A DNA stretch of 45,890 nt from Prasinococcaceae sp. CCMP 1430 (GCA_013416795.1 RQSC01000722.1:1-45890), one strand, 5' to 3'. Counted from the stretch's first letter, positions 28,771 to 39,985 are shown. Numbers and translations are program-made. The notes: a model not told the origin generated them from the letters alone.

Positions 28771-29076
28771 CGTGTGTGCATGTGTGTACGCTCGCGCGTG
28801 CTTGCGCACACGTGTGCGTGTGTGTGTGTGCGTGCGTGCGTGTGTGTGTATGCGCGTGTGCGTGCGCTCGCGCGCACGCGCGCGCTTTGGCGCCGCCACG
28901 CACCTCGTTGCGCCCCCACGCGAAGAGCCTGCCATCGGCCGCCACGGCGAGCGAGTGGCACGCCGCGGGGCCCGCGGCGACGAAGGCGATGCGGACGCCC
29001 GCCAGCGGCGCCAGGCGCACCGGCGAGTACTGGTTGGGGTACTTGTCGGTGTCGTGCGGCTTGTTGGAGCGCTGCT

Positions 29077-29120
<44 letters not shown>

Positions 29121-29339
29121 CGTGTGCGGACGCGTAGGTGTGAGCCGATTGCGCTCGGCAGGTTCGTCTCTCGCGCGCACACACGCAGCAGCGTTTCGCA
29201 CGCGCACACACAAACGCGCGCACCTGCACACACACGCACACACACACACACACACAGACACGCGCGCGCTCGCGCCACGCACGCCGACGACGTTGGCCTT
29301 GGTGCAGCCGTAGAAGAGGAGCTCGCCGCCGCCCGCCAT
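26024..29339 (-). CDS. RCC2: RCC1-repeat protein, RCC2/TD-60 orthologue
   Basis: Nine exons: 29339-29283, 29071-28904, 28598-28401, 28117-28021, 27722-27574, 27336-27112, 26859-26719, 26510-26316 and 26143-26024. RCC2-type segments LLFYGCT, LFAWGRNE-SQLGLGD, CGAEFT, GMPQHGQLG, WSWGDGGYGRLGHNVQKDELEPKRI, MYPKPMYDLSGW, YGELGFGEAKKSS. The final stop could alternatively be read as a GTGAG donor. Confidence 0.88.
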
Positions 29340-29418
29340 GACGTCTCCTGCCGCGGCAGAGCGCGCGCGCGCCGTGCGTCGTGCCTGTGGCGATCGTATA
29401 CACACACACACACGCATG

Positions 29419-29456
<38 letters not shown>

Positions 29457-29552
29457 CACACACACGCACACGCACACACACACACACACACACACGCACA
29501 CACACACACACACACACACGCAAGCACGCACACACACACACACACACACACG

Positions 29553-29583
<31 letters not shown>

Positions 29584-29830
29584 TCACATGCGCAGCACAC
29601 GCGCGCGCGATCGGATATCGATCGGCGCAGCGCACACAAAGTTTTCCCGCCGCACGCCGGCGCGACAGCGTGAGACCCTGTTTCTACACACCTCAAAAAC
29701 CCCATACTAGTGACTAGTACGTACTCGAACCTAAACGTGTGCTGTGCTGTAGTGACTACTTACCATCCTCCAGTGCGTACCGTACAGTGCACAGCTCGAG
29801 CTCCGAGGCGGCGGTGTGTGTGTGTGTGTG

Positions 29831-29863
<33 letters not shown>

Positions 29864-30451
29864 CAAGGTGCGCCACAGCGTCGCTCGCGCGCGCGCGCAG
29901 TGGCGCGGCATGTGGGGACGGCGGGTGCCGAGGCGCGGCGGCCGCGCGCGGCNNNNNNNNNNNNNNNNNNNNNNNNNNNNNNNNNNNNNNNNNNNNNNNN
30001 NNNNNNNNNNNNNNNNNNNNNNNNNNNNNNNNNNNNNNNNNNNNNNNNNNNNNNNNNNNNNNNNNNNNNNNNNNNNNNNNNNNNNNNNNNNNNNNNNNNN
30101 NNNNNNNNNNNNNNNNNNNNNNNNNNNNNNNNNNNNNNNNNNNNNNNNNNNNNNNNNNNNNNNNNNNNNNNNNNNNNNNNNNNNNNNNNNNNNNNNNNNN
30201 NNNNNNNNNNNNNNNNNNNNNNNNNNNNNNNNNNNNNNNNNNNNNNNNNNNNNNNNNNNNNNNNNNNNNNNNNNNNNNNNNNNNNNNNNNNNNNNNNNNN
30301 NNNNNNNNNNNNNNNNNNNNNNNNNNNNNNNNNNNNNNNNNNNNNNNNNNNNNNNNNNNNNNNNNNNNNNNNNNNNNNNNNNNNNNNNNNNNNNNNNNNN
30401 NNNNNNNNNNNNNNNNNNNNNNNNNNNNNNNNNNNNNNNNNNNNNNNNNNN

Positions 30452-31724
30452 CCGCGGGCGCTGCTGCGCGTCGAGCGCTCGCTCTTCGCGCTGCGCCTCG
30501 GCGCCGACGCCGACGGCGCCGCGCGCGAGCTGGACCTGCCCACGCTCGACGTGACGCCCTTCATGCGGGGGGCGCGCGCGAGCCAGGCCGACCGCGCGGC
30601 GTGCGCCGCCGCCGCGATGGAGCAGTGCACGCGCGTGGGCTTCCTGCGCGTGACGTGGGAGGGCTACGACCGCGCCGTCGTCGCCGAGGCCCACGAGCGC
30701 CTCGGGGCGTTCTTCGCGAGGCCCGAGGCCGACAAGCGTGCGGCGAGCAAGGCGGCGGTCGCCAAGGCCACGGACAGCTTCACCTCGAGCGGCTACCGCG
30801 GCGTGGGAGGCTCCGAGTACAACAAGTTCCGCCAGAGCTGGTCGTGCCAGACGCCCGCGCACGCGCCCTCGCCGAGCCTCGGCGCCGAGCGGGCGCGCCG
30901 CGGCGTCCCCGCGGACGACGCCGACGGCGACGGCGACGCCGACGGCGACTACGTGCGCTCGGCGGCGGGGCGGCGGCACTTCGCTGAGGCGCCCGACCCG
31001 CAGGTGCCGTGGCCCACCGTCGGGGCGGCCGGGGAGGGCGAGGTGGACGAGGGCTTCAGGGCGGCGGTGCTGGCGTACTACGCCACGTGCGAGGCGGCGT
31101 CGGCGGCGCTCGTCGCGGCGTTCGAGGCGGGCCTCGCGCTCGCGCCGGGGACGCTGGCGCGTCACATGCGGCACCACGTCACCTCGATGAACTGCTACTC
31201 GCACGCCGCGCCGGCGAGCGCCGCGGAGCGCTTCCCCGCCCCCGCCGCGGAGGGCTGCGCGGGCGCGGGGGGCGAGCACGAGCGCGCCCCGCCAGCAGCC
31301 CGGCGCGAGCGGCGGCGGCGCGGCGCTCGCGTGGCGGCGCGTGCGGCCGCGCGAGGGGTCGCTGCTGATGAACGTGGGCCAGATACTCACGCGCTGGTCG
31401 GGCGGGCAGCTCAAAGCGACGCTGCACCGCGTGGCGCGCCCGACGTGGCTGCCCGGCGGCGCGACGCGCCAGGCGATCGCGTACTTCTGCGTGCCCAGCC
31501 CCTACGCGCCGGTGGACTGCCTGGTGCCGGGGCTGCCGCGCACGCTGCCCGCCGAGACGTACGAGGCCTTCCACGCGCGCCGCCTCTCGGGCTTTTACGG
31601 GCCGGGCGCGAGCGCGCTCGAGGCGTGGCGAACGTACAACGCCGACATCCTCGCCTTCGACGCCGACGGCCGCCTCGACGCGGCCGTGCGCGGCGAGCTG
31701 CGCGGCGAGGCGCCCGCGGCGTGA
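30452..31724 (+). CDS. 2-oxoglutarate/Fe(II)-dependent dioxygenase (IPNS/DIOX family); 5' end in N gap, internal frameshift or deletion
   Basis: DIOX_N-like LPTLDVTPF...CTRVGFLRV...[11 protein letters not shown]; C-terminal frame [34 protein letters not shown]...RQAIAYF...ETYEAFH. The frame changes near 31240-31320 and the HxD motif is not visible. Confidence 0.75.
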
Positions 31725-31911
31725 CTCGACCGGGCGGCTCGGGAGCGTGCCGAGTGCCCCGAGAGGCCCGTCGCGCGCGGACGCGGGCGCCTGCGCCTGC
31801 GCTGTGTGCGTCCTCCCCTGCGCCCACGCGCCCGCCTGCGCACACACACACAGCTGTGTGATAATAATGCATGTATAGTACTACTGTACAGTGGACCAGG
31901 CCCCAGTACCA

Positions 31912-32052
31912 CACGCGCAGCGCACGCTCCACCTCCACGGTGAAGTCGACGTGGCCCGGCGCGTCGGTAACGTCGATCGCGGTGTCTCCCCACGAGCAGT
32001 AGTTCGCGACAGCGGACCCGATGGCGACGCCCCTCTCGCGCTCGAGGTCCAT
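31912..32052 (-). pseudogene. GFM1: Degenerate fragment of elongation factor G (mitochondrial EF-G1 type, G-domain switch region)
   Basis: [47 protein letters not shown] resembles EF-G MDLERExGITIQSAATYCxW...[21 protein letters not shown]. No P-loop upstream, no LDG continuation, and the ITI and DTPG motifs are altered. Confidence 0.8.
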
Positions 32053-32562
32053 CGAGCCTGGAACGACTGTCAGTACGCACTCGTACTACTCCTCGAACTC
32101 CGCCGGCGAGAGGTGGTGCGCCCACGAGTCGAAGAGCTGCACGGTCTGCGCGCCGCCCCTGACCTGGCACTCGCAGCAGGCGATGGGCGCCTCGGTCAGG
32201 TGGTCCAGGAAGGCGTGCAACGCCTCGGGGGTGTGCACCTCCTGTATCTAGTGTGCACCGTACTACAACAGTTCTTCTGCACCATGCTCACCTCCATGTT
32301 CCCGCCGATGCTGCTGCTGACCGCCTCCAAGCGGACGGGCCAGGAGCTCAACACCGTCACCGGGGTCGCGTGCTACGCCACCATGGCGCTCGCCGCCGCA
32401 CTCGAAGCTGCTGCAACGACTGTAACGGCCGACCACCCTGCGGTGAGGTTTGGGTTCAATACACAGTGTACTGTACACATATATTTAGGTATACACTTCT
32501 ATCAGGGTTACTAAAACTGCCGGAGGGTGGGGGGGCGCAGGGGCACGCCAGGATGATAACAT

Positions 32563-32945
32563 GTCAGCTCGGCGGGGCGGATATATCATAACTCATTTAT
32601 GTCATAACATGCATATTACTTTGCATCTAACATTCTGTAGGTCACGGTGCATCTGATCGTTTGCGAATAGGTTCGAATGCATCCTTTGGGAATGCGTGTC
32701 AAAAAATGTCTCAGATTTGCTCTCTGGCGCTGACGTCAGAGGATGGTACACCCGTCAGCTCGGCGGGGTTATTTCATCAAAATACACCAAATTTAGAACC
32801 TGTATATTTCTCTGCATCGAGCAATGCGTAGGTTATAATGAATCTGAGCGTTAGCGAAATACGTTTATATGCATCCATTCGGATTGTATATGAATTGTGA
32901 TGTAAAATGTGCTCTGGCTCTGAGGTCAGAACGCATGCGATGCGA
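32563..32945. repeat. Diverged tandem duplication, two ~190-bp AT-richer units
   Basis: GTCAGCTCGGCGGGG at 32563 and 32754; CTCTGGC(G/T)CTGA(C/G)GTCAGA at 32722 and 32912; collinear internal matches (TGCATC, GTAGGT, ATCTGA.CGTT.GCGAA, ATGCATCC). Confidence 0.8.
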
Positions 32946-33342
32946 TCGATGCACGCGCGGCGCGCGCCACAGCGCTCGCGCGGCGCGGGTGGCGTGGGCG
33001 CGGGAGGACGGGGATCTGACGCAGCGAGGGAGGGGGTGAGGTCGCGAGCGCGCGCTCGCATCGCGCGTGCGAGGGAGTGGGGGAGGGGGAGTGAGGGGAG
33101 CCTCCGCCGGCCGCGCCCCCCTGCCGCTCGCGCGCGAGTTTGCGCGCCGCCTTTTTTTTTTTTCGCGTGCGAAGTGCTGGAGCGCGTGCGTGCGTGCGTG
33201 CGCGTGCGCGCGCGTGCGNNNNNNNNNNNNNNNNNNNNNNNNNNNNNNNNNNNNNNNNNNNNNNNNNNNNNNNNNNNNNNNNNNNNNNNNNNNNNNNNNN
33301 NNNNNNNNNNNNNNNNNNNNNNNNNNNNNNNNNNNNNNNNNG

Positions 33343-36300
33343 GTGCGTCGACGGGGGCCGGGCCGCGCCGCCCGCCGGCGACGACTCCGACTCGCTGGTG
33401 TTCGCCGCCGCGTGCGGCGGCCGCGTGCGCGTGACGTACGACCGCGCGGCGGGGCTGTTCTTCCTGGCGGAGGAGGGCGACGGAAACGCGGGGGCGGAGG
33501 GCTTCGGCGCCGCCGTGCAGGCCGCGCAGGAGTTCGCGTTCAAGCTCGAGGGCGCGCGCCCGCGCGACGCCGCCAAGGTGCTCGCGCGCCTGGCGCGGGC
33601 GCTCTCGAGCGGCGACGACGCGATGAGCGTCAACGGCGGCGGGAGCGACTCGGACGGCGGGCTCCTCGACGGCAGCGACGACGACGGCGGCGACTGCTCC
33701 GACGACGGCCTGCTGGACGGCGACAGCGACGAGGACGACGCGGCCGCCGAGGACCTCGACGAGAACCTCAAGCACAGCCTGCGCGTCAAGCGCCGCTGCA
33801 TGGAGAGGGACCGGCGGGTCAAGGAGGACGCGGCGGCGGGGGCGGACGCCGCGGGGGCGGGCGCCCCCGCGGACGGCAAAGCGGGCGACGCGGCGGCGGA
33901 TCGCAAGGGCGTCGACAAGAAGGACAAGGGCAAGGGCGGCGGCGACGCCAAGGGGGAGGACCTCGACGAGCGCGCGCGCGTGGCCAACCAGATCTTCTCG
34001 GCGGACGAGGCGACGTCGCTGCTGCTCTCGGAGATCGAGGCGGCCATCTGCGCGTCGCGCGAGAAGTTCTGGTTCATCAACACGGTGGACGACGACGCCG
34101 CGCACTGGCGCGCCGAGCTCTTCTTTCCCCTGTACGACCACGACGGCAACGAGGTGGACGGCGACGCGCGGCGCATCGCCGGCCAGCTGCAGCAGATGCA
34201 GGCGCTGCACGGCGCCGCGTCCTCGGTGGAGGTCGAGGTGTCCTTCCACCGCGACCTGTACCCGTTCTACCCGCCGAGCATCAGGCTCGTGCGCCCGCGC
34301 TTCGGCGACTTCATGCTCGACCGCCTGGCGGCGCTCTCGTCGCTGTGGCACCCCTGCAAGCGCGTGGGCGACCTCCTGGACGAGGTGCGGCTCACGCTGC
34401 TCAAGGGCAACATCGACGTCGAGTGCGCCATGAACAACAGCGCCCGCCACCCGGGCGGCGCGTACCCGCAGGCCGCCTACGCGCTCTGCGAGCTGGGGCG
34501 CGCGTCGCAGACGCCGCCGCGCGTGCAGCTGCTGCGGCCGGAGCTGTTCCCCTCGGACAGCGACCGCGCGGCGGCCAACGCCACGGGCGCGGGCGCGGGG
34601 GGCAAGCGCAAGGCCGGCGAGGAGGACGCGCAGCGCAAGGGTAATAAGAAGGCGTGGGCGAAGGGCACCGGGTACGGCTTCGACAACGCGGCGCCGGGCC
34701 ACGGGTCGAGCGGGGAGGTGTGGGACGTGAAGAGCTACGAGCGCGCGGAGCAGCGGCGCCTCGAGGAGACCAACAGGCTGCTCCTGCAGCTGCTCAACGA
34801 CCTCCGCAAGCGGGGCGCCGGCGGCGACCTCAGCACGGAGGGCGCGCTGCTGTCGTACTGCCCCTCGGAGGACCACCTGGCCGACGGCGTGGACGCGGCG
34901 CTCTCCGACTCGCTGGCGATGTCGGTGCTGTCGCCGTTCACCGTCCGCTCGCTGGCGTCCGCCTCGTGGCTGGAGATGGGCAAGCACCCGCGGATGTACG
35001 CCACGCTGCTGGCGGTCGTGCGCCTCCTGGCGTGCAGCCCGCTCACGGCCAAGTGCATCTTCGTCGACGCGCGATGCTCCGCCGCGACGGGCGCCGCGCC
35101 CCCGGGCGCGCCGGGCGGCGGCGCGGGGTGCGCCACGCAGTCGATCGCGGACGTCCTCTCCCTGAACGCGCGCTCGGCGCAGCTGTTCCTCAAGACGCTC
35201 GGGGAGACCGGCTCCGGGCTGGGCGACAGGGAGAGCATCGAGGACGCCTGCAGGCAGGCCAAGTGCGTCGGCGCGCCCACCGAGCTGGACGGCCCGCTCG
35301 CGCGCTGCGTGATCGTGACGCACCAGGCCGTCATGGGCGTCGAGGAGGCCGCGCGCGCGGAGCACATGGAGGCGCTCGCGGCCGACGTGCCCACGACGCC
35401 GCCCGCCGCCAAGGCGCCCGCGGGGGGCGACGCGGGGGCCGGGGGCTCGAGGCGGGCGGCGGCAGGCGCGGCGGCGGCAGGAAGGGCAAGGGCAAGGAGC
35501 CGCCGGCGGCGACGACGCCGTCCGCCGCGCAGCAGCAGCAGGACGCCGCGGCCGCGCACGCCGAGGCGGAGAAGTCGTACGCCGCAGCGGTGAGCGACTT
35601 CATCTTCGACTCGTGCGAGCTGGTGAACGTCCCGTCGGCGCAGGCGCCGCACCACTACGCGACCAACTCGAGCTGCAAGGTGAGCGCGGGCAAGACGGGC
35701 AGCGGCGGCCCCATCGGCAGCTCGTCGCGCGAGCGCATGAAGCGGCTGGCGCACGACGCGGTCACGCTGCAAAACTCGCTCCCGGTGAGCCGGTCGAGCA
35801 CCATCATGGTGGCGCTCGACGACGCGCGCCCCGACCTGCTGCGCGCGGTCATCACGGGGCCCGAGGACACGCCCTACTCGTGCGGCGCGTTCGTCTTCGA
35901 CGTGGGCTTCCCCGCGCGCTACCCGGACGTGCCGCCGACGGTCAACCTGCAGACCACCGGCCGCGGCTCGGTGCGCTTCAACCCGAACCTCTACAACTGC
36001 GGCAAGGTGTGCCTCAGCCTGCTGGGCACGTGGCAGGGCGCCGAGGGCGAGACGTGGTCGAAGGCGGGCTCGACGCTGCTGCAGGTCTTCGTGAGCGTGC
36101 AGAGCCTCATCTTCGTCCCCGAGCCCTACTTCAACGAGCCGGGCTACGAGGGCATCATGGGCACGCCCAGCGGCGACATCAAGAGCCGCGCGTACAACGA
36201 CCAGATCCGCGTCGCCACCGTCAAGTGGGCCATAATCGACGCGCTGGAGAAGCCCATGGCGGGCACCGAGGCCTTCGTCAGGGCGCACTTCAAGGCCAAG

Positions 36301-36516
36301 CGCGACGAGGTCCTGCGCACGGTCGGCGAGTGGGTGGACGACGCCAAGGAGCGAGCCGAGCTCGAGAGCGGCGGCGCGGCGGGCGGCGGCGCCGACGCGG
36401 CGGCGGGGCTGGCGGACGACCGCATCGTGCGCCGCTCCGAGAGCGCCTCCGAGGTGCACGCCAAGCTCGAGGCGATGATGCCCAAACTCAAGAAGCTGCT
36501 CGCCGCGCTCGACTGA
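33343..36516 (+). CDS. Large BIRC6/UBE2O-type ubiquitin-conjugating enzyme with an additional N-terminal RWD/UBC-like domain; start unresolved (N gap), one frameshift near 35465-35485
   Basis: EVSFHRDLYPFYPPSIRLVRPRF (UBC-fold-like, no catalytic Cys seen there); KKAWAKGTGYG (BIRC6-like); C-terminal UBCc LRAVITGPEDTPYSCGAFVFD...VRFNPNLYNCGKVCLSLLGTWQG...LIFVPEPYFNEPGYE with catalytic Cys. Stop TGA 36514-36516. Confidence 0.82.
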
Positions 36517-36956
36517 TGCGCGGACGCGGGCGGGACGACGAAGCGCTCGGCGAAATTGGCGCGCGGGCCTGCGGCCCGCTGCGCTGCCACATTTTTAAAC
36601 GGAATGCCGCATTCTGCCCTCCGAGGCGAGAGGTCTCTCTCGCGCGCGCGGGCGCGCCTGCGCGAGGCGGGCGGAGGGTGCCTTCGGTCGCTTCAGCGCT
36701 CTCGCACGTGGCCGCAACGCCGACAGGTGCGCCTGCTCGACGCGCGGGCGCACGCGCGCGCTCGCCCCGCGAGCGTCGAGGCAGCGGCCGGCTCGGGGCC
36801 CGCGTGGCATCGTTTCTACTCTTACATGCGCGGCACCGCCCGCGGCGGGCGCGCAGCGTCGTTTCTATTCGTACATGGGGCGCGCGAGGTCGTCGCGACG
36901 GAGCGCGCGCCCGCGCCGCCCAGCGCGCCGCGGCTCGTCCCCGGCCGGCCGCGTCA

Positions 36957-38438
36957 TCACGAGAAGCACAGGCTGGCCGACACCATGACGTGGTCGCTCA
37001 GGTCGAAGCCCTTGGGCCAGCTGCCGTCCAGGGCGCACTCCTCCACCTCGACCGCGAGGGGCACCATCTCGCCCGCGGCCCCGCCCGGCGCGGGCGACCT
37101 CGCGAACGCCGCGCACGCCGGCGCGGCGCGCGCCGTGGAGATGTCCACCTGCGGGTCCCAGCCGTCCTCCTCCCAGATCTCGGTGGCCGAGCGCACGCGG
37201 CCGTAGGCCTGCGAGAAGGACTCCACGTCTATCCAGCTGCTGAAGTCGCTCAGCGAGACGGCGCCCTGCCGCGTGCTGTCCATCGTCTCGACGAGCTCCT
37301 CGACCTCGCTCGGCATGAGGCCGATGGTGCCCTCGCCGGTCAGCCCCAGCCGGTCGACGAGCGCCCGCATCTCGTCGGCCTCCAGCAGGGAGTTCGAGTT
37401 GGCGTCGAAGAGCTGGAAGGCCTTCTCGGTGGTGGAGACGCCCATCAGCTCCACGATCTTGGCCTCCATCATGGCGAAGACCGCTCGGCGCCAGTCGGCG
37501 GTGAGCGACTCGCGCGCGGACGACGGGTTGAGCAGGAAGACGTTGTCGCAGCCCACGAGCTCGCCGTGGTGGTTCCTGTGGCTGATGTACTTGTCCTCGT
37601 CGCACGCCTGCTCGTCCACGCACGCCACGAAGCCCTGCGAGCGCAGGAAGCGCGACACGCGGCCGCGCAGCGACCCGTTCCAGTCGCCGCACGCCACCAC
37701 GGGCAGCGCCTCGGCGCCCTCCACCGCGTCGCGGTACGCCTGCAGCGCCTCGAGCAGCTTGAAGGTCTCCCGGAGCCTGATGAGCGTCGAGTTGGGGTTG
37801 TGCGGGAAGAGCAGGTGGCAGTTGATGAGCAAGAACTGGCCGCCCGCGGCGGTCTGCACGCGCAGCAGCTGCGCGACGCGGTCGCCGCAGTCCCTGAAGA
37901 GCACGCTGCTCGAGTCCACCACCTCGGCGCGGCCGCGCCGCACCGCGCACAGCAGGCCGTCGTCGCGCCCGCCCGTGCGCGGCGTCTCCACGCACGCGTA
38001 GCCGCCCGCCTCGAGGCCGCCCACGAGCAGCGCGCGCGCCCCCTCGTTCGCCAGCCACGCCTCCTGCACGCACAGCACGTCGCTGTCGCTCTCCAGCATG
38101 GCCTCCAGCTGGCTCGCGAGCCGCGCCCGCCACAGCTCCTCGTCGTGCGCCTCGCGCGCGCTCGGGTCGCCGCCCAGCCGCTTGTACGCGGGGCACAGCA
38201 CGTTCCACGTGGTGATCTTGAGCGTGGACTGTGTCGACGACGACGACGACGGAGGGGCCGTCGCGGCGGCGGCGGCGCCCTCGGCGCCGCCGGACGCGCT
38301 CGTGGCGCACGTGCGCGGCGCATGCGCTCCCCTTTCTGACCTCGCTGGCCTCGCTGGCCTCGCTGGCCTCGCTGGCCTCGCAGTCCGCAGGGGCGCCGCC
38401 CGCGGGGCCGAGCCGCGCGCGGCGCCGCGCGCCGCCAT
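36957..38438 (-). CDS. Endonuclease/exonuclease/phosphatase-family protein with inserted EF-hand pair (plant calcium-binding EEP type), intronless
   Basis: KITTWNVLCPAYKRL, SDVLCVQEAW, NCHLLFPH, CGDWNG, ISHRNHHGELVGCDNVFL, EF-hands AFQLFDANSNSLLEADE and TMDSTRQGAVSLSDF, terminal LSDHVMV. Start codon uncertain. A (CTCGCTGGC)x4 repeat at about 38339-38376 lies in the N-terminal extension. Confidence 0.88.
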   Translation of the reverse strand: MAARGAARGSAPRAAPLRTARPARPARPARPARSERGAHAPRTCATSASGGAEGAAAAATAPPSSSSSTQSTLKITTWNVLCPAYKRLGGDPSAREAHDEELWRARLASQLEAMLESDSDVLCVQEAWLANEGARALLVGGLEAGGYACVETPRTGGRDDGLLCAVRRGRAEVVDSSSVLFRDCGDRVAQLLRVQTAAGGQFLLINCHLLFPHNPNSTLIRLRETFKLLEALQAYRDAVEGAEALPVVACGDWNGSLRGRVSRFLRSQGFVACVDEQACDEDKYISHRNHHGELVGCDNVFLLNPSSARESLTADWRRAVFAMMEAKIVELMGVSTTEKAFQLFDANSNSLLEADEMRALVDRLGLTGEGTIGLMPSEVEELVETMDSTRQGAVSLSDFSSWIDVESFSQAYGRVRSATEIWEEDGWDPQVDISTARAAPACAAFARSPAPGGAAGEMVPLAVEVEECALDGSWPKGFDLSDHVMVSASLCFS

Positions 38439-38637
38439 GTCGCCGGGGGACCGCAACGCTTCTCGCGCGCGCGCTCCTCCCCCAACACACACGCCGAGCG
38501 CCTCCACGCCCAGGGGGTAGGGGCGCTCGACCGCCTCGGGCAGTACCCTCTGCTCGCTCTGCCCCCGCGCGCGCGCGACGCCGCGCGTGTGGCGCAGCTG
38601 CTGCGCGGCGTGTGCCCGCGCGCACCAACCTTATCCT

Positions 38638-38890
38638 TGCGGGAATCTCCGCGGATTGCGCAATTGCGTTCTTAAAATGCATGTGTAAAATGATCGCAGA
38701 AATATTTGAGTATGTGTAATTCCGTCGTTTTTGATACCTGCGGGAATCTCCGCGGATTGCGGAATTGCAATTTCACAACGCATGTGCAAATTTCACAGAA
38801 CATATTTTCGATCATGCACATTCCGCATTTTTTCTCTGGCGTGCGGAATGGTCATTTCGCCGAAATGACCTATAAAACCTAACCCTAACC
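38638..38890. repeat. Two ~101-bp AT-richer direct repeats followed by two hairpins and a telomere-like AACCTAACCCTAACC
   Basis: TGCGGGAATCTCCGCGGATTGCG at 38638 and 38739; inverted repeat CATTCCGCA (38819-38827)/TGCGGAATG (38842-38850); perfect 10-bp stem GGTCATTTCG-C-CGAAATGACC (38850-38870). Confidence 0.8.
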
Positions 38891-39952
38891 GTGCCGCCCG
38901 CGCGGTCTCCCGGCGATACTGCGCGTGGGCGCGCTTCAACGGGCAGTGGGGGGCGCGAGATATGCTCTATACTGGTATTTGGGGTAAGGTGGCCATCCGG
39001 GCACGCGTAGCACACAGGGACTACATCATCGACGAGTTGGAGCTACTCGCACTCTCTATGGCTACGACATATTCGGCGACATCGTCGCCGACCGTGATTT
39101 CTTCAGTTTCGTTGACAACCGTATGGCGCTATCATGTGCCATAGTCGGTCGAGGGTTGCAGCAGATGGTGCGCAAAGGAGACTACATGCTCAGCATGGAA
39201 GGCATAAGCGGCTTTTTGGGATGATCCGGGAGGTTTGGATTCACGTCGAGGAGGAGAGCTCCGCTGTTGTCGAAAAAGCTCCTCTAGCTTTCTTGACACG
39301 AGGCCGAGACCAGCGGTGGACGCGTGCCGGCCCAGACCGCAACTACCGTTATCGGTGGGACCGTCGCCGCCGTAGAGGGCGACGGCGCGCGGGACTGCGA
39401 CCGGCGAGCGCTTCGGGTGGTCGCCATTAACCCCGCCAGCGACGGCTTCTGCCTCTTAGGCGCGTTCGGCCTCAGGTACTACTTCGGTGATGCGGAGGTC
39501 ACAGAGGCAATCGAAGCCATCGATGGCTATCGAAGCCATCCTTGTCGTCGACCCGGGCGGGTTTCTCGCATCCCGCGAAATGCTCAGCCGGCGACCGCGA
39601 GGAGCCTTTCCGCGCGGGCGCGCGCGCCCCAGCCCTCGCACCCGAGCGCAGCCCAAAGCGCATGCGTTTGTCTCTGTTCGGTCAATACTCTCCCGTGGGT
39701 ACTCAATATCTCCAAAGTGTAAAGGAAGCGACACGAGCAATGCGCGCCCCTTCGTACGAAGGGGCAAAGCACCCACGTCAAAACGCACTCGATTTTGGCG
39801 CGCGCGTTCGGGATCGCGCCGCCGCCGGGAGCGCAACGAGGGGCGCGCGCGCGCGGGCGGGCGCCAGCTCGGCGCAGGCGAGCCTGGGGGGGGGGGGCAG
39901 GGCTTGGGCGCGTGCGTGTGTGTGTGTGCGTGCGTGTGTGTGCGTGCGTGCA

Positions 39953-39985
<33 letters not shown>

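Noticed and set aside
31912-32052. Functional EF-G gene
   Set aside because: Only about 47 codons match, key motifs are altered, and no other EF-G exons were seen on either side.
38339-38376. (CTCGCTGGC)x4 as a regulatory repeat
   Set aside because: It falls in frame in the low-complexity N-terminal extension of the EEP gene (RPARPARPA); ordinary slippage.
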